64,000 bases of DNA from positions 66,030,001-66,094,000 of the forward strand of contig NC_042997.1 in assembly GCF_006345805.1 (NCBI RefSeq), read 5' to 3'. Below the pieces are notes generated by a model, which was not told the origin of the DNA, did no database searches, and was given only the letters and a program-made list of their open reading frames with translations. This DNA comes from Octopus sinensis. Taxonomy: Eukaryota. The first letter of the stretch is position 1; each line of letters begins with the position of its first letter. This document shows, piece by piece, positions 52,581 through 64,000 of this stretch. The translations under genes and the position numbers were made by a program.

Positions 52581-53624
52581 AATATATCTGTATGTGTGTT
52601 TGTGTTTGTTCCCTAACATTACTTGACTGCTGGTGTTGGCTTGTTTATATCCCTGTAACTTAGTAGTTTAACAAAAAGAGACTGATAGAATGAAAAACAG
52701 AATTGATAAAACAAAATACTGAGGTACTTATCATTTATTGTTTACTTGTTTCAGCCATTGGACTGCAGCCACGCTGGGGCACCACCTTGAAGGGTTAATT
52801 TGATCAGGTCGACCCTAGCACTTATTTTTTTACATTTGAAGTCTGGTACTAAATCTATTGATCTCTTTTTATTAGACATCTAAGTTAGAGGAAAATAAGC
52901 CAACTCTCGTTGCCAAGTAATGGTGAGAGGCAAACACAAACACACACATGTACAGACAGACATCAGTCTCTGGCACTTGCCAGATTTGAGCAGTCTCAAT
53001 GATAAAAAGGTGCGAAACTGCAAGGACTTTCTGGATATTGACTGAAGAGGAAATCAGCTGCGAATTATCCATGTATCTTGCTTTTGTCCTGCTTGCCATT
53101 TGTTATGTTATCATCTATTTTCCCACATGTGTTTTGTTGGATTTCCCCTTGTTGTCTTCTTTCTGTCCTACCCTTGATTTATCCATGCTGTGCACCATAC
53201 AACCTATTGTTTACTTTGTTAGAAAAAAAATATTCCTCTCTTTCCTTCCTTCTTACTCTCTCGTCTCTCTCCCATCCTCGTTCCACAGCCTCTCTGATTT
53301 CATTTTCCCTTTCTTGTATTCCTTAGTCCCTTTTTTCCCCCCTCCCTCTTACTCTTCAATCCCTTTGCTTTCCTCCCTCGCTTGTCTCCCTTGTACATTT
53401 TCTCTCACTCTGCCTGTCTCTCTTCCCCTCCCTTTCATTCTTTAGTCCAGACACTGCAGAAAGAGGAAATCAGCTGTGAATGATTCATGTATCTTGTTTT
53501 TGTCCTGTTTACTGTTTATTATGTTATTGTCTGTTTTTCCACATGTTGTGTTTTGCTGGATTTCCATTTGTTGTGTTCTTTTTGTCCTACCCTTGATTTA
53601 TACATACATACATACATACATACA

Positions 53625-53890
53625 TAATGTTAACAAAGCTGAAGATCAGTGAAAAAGAGAATACCTATGCTGAACTTTGAAAAATCTGCAGTTACTCTAT
53701 CCAGATTATAAGTTCAGGTTTATACTCGTAATTATTGAAGCTCTAGGATATGTAATACACTGCCTAAATATCAATCTTGAGAAATTGAGCTTCTCAAAAC
53801 CAGAAGGGAAAAAGCTAATTCGAAGACTACAGATCCAGTCCATCACTTGAACTGTAAAATTCTGTAAAACTTTCCAGAAGATTATCTTTT
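53625..53890 (+). mobile_element. RLE-type LINE extreme C-terminal fragment
   Basis: LKNLQLLYPDYKFRFILVIIEALGYVIHCLNINLEKLSFS..LIRRLQIQSI..VKFCKTF, with stops. Confidence 0.7.
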
Positions 53891-54234
53891 AAATACATAT
53901 GAGCATGTGTAGATATGCAACTATATGCATGAGAATACATACATAAAGCAAAACATATAAATCTGCATGCACGCACGCATGCACACACACACACACACAC
54001 ACACATACATACATACATACATACAAACAAACAAACAAACAAACAAAAATACTCTGTTGTTGATGTTGAAATTCCAATGAAGGAGCCTTGAATCTAGGTT
54101 AGAAACTGGCTCTTTCTCTATTGGCAAGAAATCTTGAAATAAAACTGAACAATGACACACATACATATACAACACACTTCTTTTGCTAAAATATAATCAC
54201 AACACTTTAGTTGGTCCAGGGTTATAGTGTAGAG

Positions 54235-54498
54235 CAGTGCTACACAAAGTGGTGGTCCGTGAACCTGCACCAGTCTGCAAGCCATCAGCTGCCAGTACAC
54301 GGCGAGTTTCCAGAAAAGAAACTTTATAAAATGCTTATGTTATATTGTATTATTTGTTTACAAGATAAAAAAAATTGTCAACTTTTATTATATTCATTAT
54401 ATATATATATTGTTTCCAGTATTAATATTACCAGTCCCTGGCACATTGATAAAAATAAAACTGCCAGTACACCACATCAGATAGTTTGAGAAGCACTG
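54235..54498. mobile_element. hAT MITE nested in a SINE
   Basis: TIR cagtgctacacaaa / tttgagaagcactg; TSD gtgtagag / gtgtagaa. Confidence 0.85.
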
Positions 54499-55258
54499 GT
54501 GTAGAAGACACTTCTCCAAGATGCTAGGTAGAAGGACTGAGCTCAGAACTATGTGGTTGAAAAGCAAGCATATATATACACACACACACTTCATCATCAT
54601 TCAATGTCCATGTTCTATGTTGGCAAGTGTTGGACAGTTTGACAGAATCGGACAGGTCCGAGGACAGCACCATGCCCCATTGTCTACTTTGATATAGCTT
54701 CTGCAACTGAATTCTGTTTCTAACACTGACTATTTTACAGCATGTACTGGGAACTACTTTTTTGTGACACCAGCACTAGTAATGTCACTATGCAGCTTGC
54801 AAAATTATAAATTCCAAGAGGGGAAGCTTTATGCTGGGAGTTGAAGGATTTAACATGTCCCCCTACATGGCCTTGCTTTTTGCTTTTTGAGCCAAAAATT
54901 AACTTAACTTAACATATAAAGGAATGGGCCAGAGCAGAACATGTTTGTTGCTGTACAAAAGCTACATGTTTGCTCACATATTAAAGGAGAGACTGGAAGT
55001 GACTGATGTGAAGTGAGGAAGAGGTAAAAAGAGCAATGATGAGACATTTGTGAGTATCTTCAGTGTACAAGGTGAGTAGAAGTGAATGGGAACAACTGAA
55101 ACAGGAGCAGGTGTAACTGGGTAGAGGTTGCAAGAATGTTCTGAAGAGTAAGAAGTGGGGTATAAGTGAAGAGGTGAATAAGTGCAATTACAGAGATGAA
55201 GGGTGACAGGCATGCCTTTGGAAGGAATTTGAGAGAAGGGACAATTATGCATATATAT

Positions 55259-55385
<127 letters not shown>

Positions 55386-55399
55386 CAGCACTTCCATGA

Positions 55400-56570
55400 T
55401 TTAGATTCACTAAGATGGGTACGTCTTCTCAGGATACTGCCAGTCATCCTAGTATGTTATCATTTCTTCTGAGATGTTTCACCACTTCATTCTATGTCAG
55501 TCTCCCTCTTCTGCAAGCTCCAACCACACCAAGTGATGGGCACCTCTTCATACAGCTGCTTTCAGCCATAAACATTACACACTACATCTGATTCCTCCTT
55601 TGCCTAGTTTTTCTCTCAATGCATGTATATTATGACATTCATGCACAGTTGCATGGCATTTCCAACACAGCATGCTCGCGTCATTGCTAATCCAGTTTTC
55701 ACAGCATTCAAGGCCCATGTCTCACTACCATGCAGTGCCACAGTTCTAAAATAAGCACTATACAATCAGCCCTTCACTTTCAATGAAAAGACTTTGGTTG
55801 CCATCAGCTGTAGAAGTTCCCTGAACTTTTCCCAGCCTGTTCTAACCCTGGCTGCTATACTTTCAGAGCAAGTACTCCCTTGACAATTATATCTCCTAGG
55901 TAACAAAAGCTATTGCCTATTACTTGTGAGCCATCTGAGCATTTCAGATGTAGTTGTAGTATGTACTCCTCCTGTAGTTACTTTCTGTCAGCCAGCCTGT
56001 GATTCCATTTCTCCATCTGTGTCCATAGCCTCTATTGGGTACAGTGTATGGAGTTTATATCTACTCTTTTCCTACTTACCAAGCAAGGCTATTTCCCTAA
56101 AAATATCAAGGCTCTGTCTTCTTTCCTACTTACTAAAACCTTTGTCTTTACAGAGATGACCTTGAGGCCTCTCAATTCTAGGTATAGTTTCTATGCATAG
56201 AAATTCCTCACTAATTCCTCATACAGATTCAGCCATATTCAGATTTAGATTCAGAACAATATTGTCAGCATATAGGAGTTCTTTTGAACATCTAATCTTA
56301 AACTCCTCTGAGATAGTCCAAAAGACTAAGATGAATGGGATAGGGTTGAGGACTCAATGCTCATTTCATCACTGAAATCATTTACTGCATCTTTGTACAT
56401 AGCTTGTACAGACCTCAGAAGCCAGTTGTCTAAATTGAATTTCCACAGTAACCATCAATTTACTGAATGTGGTACCTTGTCAAACGCCATCTCCAACTCA
56501 ACAAAAAAACAGGAATAGCAGTTTATTCTCAGCCAAATATTTCTCCTACAGAGAAATACTTGGCTAAGGG
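55400..56570 (-). mobile_element. Decayed RTE LINE, RT domain to C-terminus
   Basis: Broken frames read QEKYLAENKLLFLFFVELEMAFDKVPHSV.., SEEFKIRCSKELLYADNIV; several stops and frameshifts. Confidence 0.8.
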
Positions 56571-56717
56571 TAAATACACTAAAAATTTCAAATGAGAAGT
56601 CCAAGAGTCAGTATTTAACCCCTAACTATGAGCTCAACACAACATCTACTTCATCCAATACCCATTTTGGATTAAACACAACATATGCATACACACACAC
56701 ACACACATACACATGTA

Positions 56718-56748
<31 letters not shown>

Positions 56749-59289
56749 ATTAGAAATATACGTGTGCACATGTATTACACATATACTCATAAATATATAT
56801 GAATGTATGTATATACACACACATTCATTGATATATATATATATCATTTATTTACATACATATAAACACATTAAATTATATATATGTACATAATTATATA
56901 TATATTATATTGTTTTATATATAGATACATAAATATATATTATATATAAAACAACAAACATACATGCAGACTCACAGATACCTATTATCTTTATGATTGA
57001 ACTAAAAACATTATCAGCTGAAATTGGCAATAAATCTTCCTGAGTTAACTTTTTCCTTCTTCCCAATACAATATATGCAATTGCTATAAACTGCATAAAT
57101 GACAACCATAAAAGCCATCTTATGTTGCTGCTAACAACCATTTTGAACTATTGCAAAAATACATTATAGTATCTTGGTGTCTATACCAATGAATCAGTTA
57201 TGTGCACAGTAGAGGTTTATTTCTTCGGTATGTGGCCTTCGGTGAATTCGTATTGAAGCTGTTGTTACACTACATGATGTATTATGGTTTATAAAGCATT
57301 ACCATCAATGCTTCTTTTATTCATTGTATGTTTCGCATTCAATTCTGGCATGGGTTAAATGGTTCTGCTTCACATTAATTTTCCATACGGCTCTATATTG
57401 TCAATGTTAACATTTTTATGTCTCAAATCATCTCAACACTAAATCCTAACAGCTCTGTATCAGCCTTCTTCTGTTTAGCCTTCTACCACATGCAATATAA
57501 TGCAATATCTCTAATATAATACAAGCTTGCCTTATTTCTCTTTTTTTGTAAATAAGCCTCACTATCCTGAAATAAAGTAGTGGGCTGGCAGTCTTTACAC
57601 AGTCAGAAAAATTCTAAGCAGTATTAGCCTAGCTCCTTACATTCAGGGTTCAGATTATGCAAAGGGTAACTTCACTGTTCCTCTCATAAAATGATGTACC
57701 AGTCAAGTAATGTAATCAATTTATTTGACTAATCCTCTCCCATAAGTGAAAGTTCATCATCATCACCACCATTATTATTATTAAGGCTTTTGTCTGTTTT
57801 TACATTCTGAGTTCAAATTCCGCCGAGGTTGACTTGGCCTTTCAACCTTTTGGGGTTGATAAATTAAGTACCAGTTGTGTACTGGGGTTGATCTAATCAA
57901 CTGGCCTCCTCCCACAAAATTTCAGGCTTTGTGCCTATAGTAGAAAGGATTATTATTATTGTTAAGGCAATGAGCTGACAGAATTCTTAGCATGCCAGGC
58001 AAAATGTTTAGTGGTATTTCATCTGTATTCATGCTCTGAGTTCAATTTCCGCTGAGGTCAACTTTGCTGTTCATCCTTTCAGGGATGATAAATTAAGTAC
58101 CAATGAAACATTGAGGTCAATTTAATCAACTAGTCTCTCTCTCCCTAAAATTTCCGCCAAGGTCAACTTTGCCTTTCATCTTTCTGGGTCGATGGAATAA
58201 GTACCAGTTACACATTAGGGTTGATATAATCAACTAGCCCCCTTCCTGAAATTTTCAAGGTCTTGTGCCTAGAGTAGAAACAATTATTACTATTGTTATT
58301 ATTATTATTATTATTAAAAAGGCGGCGAGCTTGGCAGAAACATTAGCATGCCAGGTGAAATGCTTAGCAGTATTTCATCTGTCTTTACGTTCTGAGTTCA
58401 AATTCCACCAAGATCAACTAAGCCTTTCATCCTTTCGGGGTCGATTAAAAAAGTAGCAGTTACGCACTGGTGTCGATATAATCGATTTATTCCCTGTCTG
58501 TCCTTGTTTGTCCCCTCTATGTTTAGCCCCCTGTGGGCAATAAAGAAATAAATTATTATTATTATTATTAAATAATAATTAATAACAACAGAAGCAATAT
58601 TAATACCACAATGTAATTTTCATCTCCAGCTTAAAGTGGATGTTGTGATAGAACACAGAATACTGCATTATTTACTTTGAACTTGTGGTGTATGTAAGCA
58701 CATGTAATTATATCAGTGACAGATTTTTTTTTGGAGGGGGGGGGGCAGTAGTATAAAATAAAATACGAGTCAAGCTCTGGGATTGAAGTTATCAACTAAA
58801 CACCTCTCCTCAAATATGTTAGTCTCACACTTCAATTACAAACAATTAAGTAAAGCAGGGAGCATGCATGATCATTAGAATGTCAGAAAAAAATGCTTTG
58901 CAGTATTGTCCCAGCTCCTTACATTCTGGGTTCAAATCAAACAGCAGAAAAATTGAACACAGTGATTTGATTTTACTTCAGTCAATATTTGCCTCAATCA
59001 TTCATTTGGGGTCAATAAATAAAGTAGGAGTCAAGTGTTGGGCTTGGTGACATTGACAAGACTCCTCCCTTCAAAATTGCTGGCCTTGTGCCTAAATTAG
59101 AAACATCATCACTGCTACTAATACTGCTGCTGCCTGGATTAAAATGTATTTCTCATTGTGCTTGTTTAAATACATTGACAAAAGATTAAATTGAATTCGT
59201 ACTGTCACTGAATCAGAAACTGTCACTGTACTAAAACCTTGGTGAGTGAACTTCAGCAATTTTACTGCACACAAATCAACAAATCAATA

Positions 59290-59760
59290 TAGACCTAATG
59301 GGATCAGCACTGCCGACCATAGCACCAAAACCACCACCATTGCCATCACCATTGTCATCACCATCACCATCATCCCCATTACCACCACCACCATCATCAT
59401 CATCATCATCGCCACCACCAAAACTATCGCCATCATCATTATCACCACATCACCAAAACTACCATTGCCACCACCGTCATCACTATATACACCATCACTT
59501 CAAGCATCTCGCCACAACATCCACAACAGCACCCATAACACCCCAACCTACTACTACTAATACTACTACAATATCAATATTATCAATCCATCGGTACCAA
59601 CACTACTACCACAATACTATTGTCGCTACTAATGCCAGTACAATCATTCCATCACAAGTCCACCATCGCTACCACTACAACTATCCACTACTGCCAGCCC
59701 CCACCACAACCAATCAAACTGATAACATCACAAGAGCCAGCACACCACACCACCATTAAC
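59290..59760. repeat. Degenerate (CAC/CAT/TAC)n low-complexity tract
   Basis: Read directly from the sequence. Confidence 0.9.
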
Positions 59761-60606
59761 ATAAAATGAATTTACATTAGTATGTTTAATAAACATACAT
59801 TTAGTTTTGCAAATGTGAAAAAGGTGGGGGGAAAACAAGACAGAAAAAGCAAATAACAAGAAGCAACATAAGTCGAGTTGATAATCAGTCCATTCTGCAG
59901 AGACAGCGATGTGGTTTAACTATGGAGTTTATTTACACAGTGAGGCTAAAAGTATGTTTATCAAACATGCACATGCAAATTTATTGACGGCTATTTAATG
60001 CAGTCAGTAAAATTTTCAAGGCTGAAACTTCTAGAAGTCCTGGTCTGGCCAGTAAAGCCCTCTAAGAGGTGTAAAGCATGGACTCCATGAACATGATATA
60101 TTGTAGAATGAATGAATGATTTACCTCCTGAAGGAGATGGGAGGAAAATTTAAACTTTAGTGGTAGTGACCAGATGGTAAAAACTGCAATATTATTTTAA
60201 CCATGTTATCAGGGCCCAGAACTTTTAACACATGCCCTCTTGGGGGCTGCATGGACAAAAAATGAGTTCATAGCTAAGAATGGCAGAGATGAAGATATGA
60301 CATCAAGGCCTGGATAGAATGATCCTGGAGAAATAGACAGCTGCAACATGAGATCATAGAGGGTTACAAGGAGTGGAGGTCTAGTCTGAGAGTCACTGCT
60401 TTTTAGCCATAGGAATGGCATACTCATTCCTTCATGCATTCATATATACATGTGTGTGTGTATACATATATATATATACACATACATAGTATAAAATTAA
60501 TGTGGGCAGCTAGACACTTCAATGATTCGACCAGCTAAGCCATTAGATGATGGGTTAGCTAGCCAAAACTTCAAAGTCACTGTCAACAACATCCTAATAT
60601 AAAAAT

Positions 60607-60955
60607 GTGAGGGCGCGTGGCTTAGTGGTTAGGGCATTCGGCTCATGATCGTAAGGTTGTGAGTTCGATTCCCGGCGACGCGTTGTGTCCTTGAGCAAGA
60701 CACTTTATTTCACGTTGCTCCAGTCCACTCAGCTGGCAAAAATGAGTTGTACTTGTATTTCAAAGGGTCAGCCTTGTCACTCTCTGTGTCACGCTGATTA
60801 TCCCCGAGAACTACGTTAAGGGTATACGTGTCTGTGGAATGCTCAGCCATTTGCACGTTAATTTCACGAGCAAGCTGTTCCGTTGATCGTATCAGCTGGG
60901 ACCCTCGTCGTCGTAACCGGCGGAGTCAAAAGAAAAAAAAAAAAAAAAAAAAAAA
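60607..60955 (+). mobile_element. Young full-length tRNA-headed SINE with poly(A) tail and 11-bp TSD. Older relatives at ~3740-4080(+), 14150-14450(-), 35405-35640(+)
   Basis: A box TGGCTTAGTGG, B box GTTCGATTC, ~28-nt A-rich tail, TSD aatataaaaat (60596-60606 / 60956-60966), many intact CpGs. Confidence 0.92.
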
Positions 60956-61059
60956 AATATAAAAATAATAAATTTGTACTCTACAAAGGTATAGAGTAAC
61001 ACTTCAGATTAATGCAAAACTGTTTTAATTATAACTAAACATAAAAACAAAGATTAGTA

Positions 61060-61115
<56 letters not shown>

Positions 61116-61118
<3 letters not shown>

Positions 61119-61218
61119 GAGGGGTGTATGAAAAGTTTTGAGCCTTCAAGGCCTTTCAGCCTTGAAGTTTTGTAGTACATTTTGTTTTTTTGAGGCTCAA
61201 GACTTTTCATACACATAT
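61116..61218. mobile_element. ~100-bp mariner mini-MITE
   Basis: gtgtatgaaaagttttgagcct / aggctcaagacttttcatacac inverted ends. Confidence 0.8.
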
Positions 61219-61440
61219 AGTCTCTTTCCTCTTTCTCTTTCTCTTATACTTGTTTCAGTCATTTGACTGTGGCCATGCTGGAGCACCGCCTTTAGTTGCG
61301 CAAATTGATCCCAGGACTTATTCTTTGGAAGCCTAGCACTTACTCTATCAGTCTATTTTGCTGAACCACTAAGTCACAGGAATGTAAACACACCACCATC
61401 GGTTGTGAAGCAATGTTGGAGGGACAAACACAGACACAGA

Positions 61441-61480
<40 letters not shown>

Positions 61481-62117
61481 ACAAACTTCTTTCAGTTTCT
61501 GTCTACCAAATCCACTCACAAGGCTTTGGTCAGCCTGAGCTATAGTAGAAGACACTTGCTCAAAGTGCCACGCATACATACACAAGCTTAAAAGCCTCAC
61601 TCTGTATGGACATTTAAACTAGTTTCTGCAGAGGGCTAAGAACCACTAAATAGCATGAGTATAATTTGTCCATAATGACTATATGCTCCAATAGTATTTG
61701 ATCAGAGATTAAGGACAGATGAGACTTAATTATGCTATGCAATCATTCTACTGTTCCAGTCCAAAGTTGAATTCCAAATGTTGGCCAGTTTGTTCCAAGC
61801 ACTTATCTCAATGTAAAATTAAAGCGAATGTCATTTGTCTCCCCACTGATCTCTGATGTCATCTGACAAAACATGGATCAAGATAGCATGAATCATCCAA
61901 GCTTCACTTGTTAAAAATAGCAACCCAAATGTTTTTAAATCAGATCCCAATGCTGGATGTTCAAGAACCAAAAGAAGAGCAGATTTTCAATCCTGAGATC
62001 ATCCTGATTCCAAAAAGGTATAATATGTCTAAGTACAGTAAATGTAGACTGAGATACAGGGGTCACAGAGAGTCAGACAGAAATTTGCATTTATTATTAC
62101 AAATATGTATCTATGAA

Positions 62118-62149
<32 letters not shown>

Positions 62150-62186
62150 ATGCAGGCACCTATACACAGTATAAAACCAAAAAGGG

Positions 62187-62382
62187 AAAATTCAATTGTC
62201 ACTAATTGTGACCAAAGATACCGCATCGCATCTATATTGCTAGAAATAAGAGTTATCTCTCCTGTCACTGTATGAAAATGTGCTTTCTTGTAGCTCTAAG
62301 GGTTTTTAACTCTTATTTCCTATTTCTAGGAATATAGGTGCAAGCTGGCACTTTCAGTCACAATTAGTGACAATTGAATTTT
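62187..62382. mobile_element. Palindromic MITE
   Basis: Perfect 26-bp arms aaaattcaattgtcactaattgtgac / gtcacaattagtgacaattgaatttt plus a second inner inverted pair. Confidence 0.75.
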
Positions 62383-63760
62383 TCTTATATATACACACAT
62401 GCTCCTGAGATGAATGCTTGGGTTTTCCTTATCTCTTCATTACTATACATGATATATATACATATTGGCAAAGATGGGTGAAAAGCATTTGTGAGTCACT
62501 GCAGCAATGATGTTTCTCTTGCTCCATTACATATTGTGTTTTTAACACAACAAATGTATATATATATATATAATATATAAAATAGAGATGTCTGTGTATT
62601 CGCTTTTCACATGAAAACATCTTCACCAGTTGCTTCCATACTTGTGATGCATGAATAATTTGGCCTCCGACAAATGTTAGGCTCTTCATTTGATTTTTTC
62701 ATTAAAAATAAATAATATTGCTTCATATATATATATGATTCACTTCTTTAAAAAAAGTTTTCTCAATGTCAACTTCCGGTATTGACATTGCAATGACAAA
62801 AACCTTTACTCTCTATTTTTATGTTTTCATTTCAAGTTTTAATTCACTATTTGCAAACAACTACGATAAATTACTGAAATAAATATTTACTAAGTTCACA
62901 AATTTAAACATTCCGTACAAGAACTTTTATTTATACGACTTTTTCATTTCATGTTTATTTCATTCATTGTTCGCAATATTCTCTTTCACCCTCTCTCTCT
63001 CACACATGCAAGTCAGTCACACATGCACACGTGTGTTTTTGTAAGTATGTTTGTATACATTTAAGTATGTGAATGTTTGGAAGAGAGTGAGTGAGTCAAG
63101 GGGTGCATTGTCATGTATATGTACATACATAAATATATATGCACACATCATTTTTGTATGTGTGTGTGTGTGTGTGAGACAGAGAGAGTGATGTCCAAGT
63201 GGCATTCTTTCTCTCTCTCTCTCTCTCATACACACACACAGAGAAAAAGATGTATGCATATTTACTTATGTATGTATACATAACAACACACCCCTTCTCT
63301 CTCTCACACACACACACGTGCATTTCATCTGATGTTTGATACTCTCTATGTGTCTGTGCATGGGGCATTCCACAATCTCTATTTATTTCAAGTACAATTT
63401 AGTTGAATGAATTGAACCTAGGACTTCTATTTTTTTAAAGCCTGGTACTTATCCTATCGGTCTCTTTTGCTGAACCACTAAGTTACAGGGATGTAGACAT
63501 GCCAACACAAGTTGTCAAGCAGTGATAGGAGACAAACATAGACACACAAAGACATATATGAATGTATGTATGTATGTATATATATGTATATATATATATA
63601 TAAACAATGGGCTTCTTTCAGTTACCATCTACTGAATCCACTCACAAGGTTTTGGTCAGTCCAAGGCTAATGGTGCCATACAATGGGACTGAACCTAGAA
63701 CCATAAGGTTGGGAAGCAAGCTTCTTACCACTTAGTCACTCTGGCACCTCTCTCTCTCTT

Positions 63761-63791
<31 letters not shown>

Positions 63792-64000
63792 CTGTGCCTG
63801 TATGTGTGTGTCTGTTTGTCTTTGAGTTATATTTGTCCACCACTGCTTGACAACTGGTGTTAGTTTGTTTTGCATATATCTTTACAACTTAGCAATTCAG
63901 CTAAAAAATACTTATAGAATAAGCACCAATACAATAAAATAAAATAATAAAATAAAGAAGAAACTGGAAACAATTTGCTTGACTAAAACCCTTCAAGCCA

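Noticed and set aside
56905-57141. Minus-strand exon candidate (FIAIAYIVLGRRKK..)
   Set aside because: Splice-like signals and phase chain with the 49-kb candidate, but there is no motif and chance phase agreement is 1 in 3.
60610-60685. tRNA gene
   Set aside because: A and B boxes are present but there is no acceptor stem closure; it continues into a SINE body, poly(A) and TSD.

Overview
AT-rich, microsatellite-dense animal genomic DNA. The SINE, RTE-tail and MITE repertoire looks like an octopus (Octopus sp.) genome; this is inferred from repeat recognition, not searched. One host gene is supported: a minus-strand UBX-domain (p97/VCP cofactor-type) gene with four GT-AG, phase-consistent exons (45815-46106, 43408-43584, 26509-26628, 7827-7944). 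Its first and last exons were not found. The rest is intron filled with tRNA-headed SINEs, RTE, CR1/L2-like and RLE LINE remnants, Penelope GIY-YIG remnants, mariner, hAT and piggyBac MITEs, a non-autonomous Helitron and an internally deleted Gypsy element. Most listed ORFs are microsatellite or repeat artefacts. Two things stand out. (1) Two near-identical, structurally complete type I hammerhead ribozyme folds lie 594 nt apart (cores at 29080 and 29674), each inside a 76-bp palindrome antisense to the ribozyme's own 3' half; this is a retrozyme-like arrangement. (2) A ~2.65-kb CpG-rich composite (5.6 x ~287 bp, C-rich VNTR, 2 x 182 bp, RTE 3' end with (GAT)n tail) may be an SVA-like RTE-mobilised retroposon. 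All alignments and folds were done by eye.
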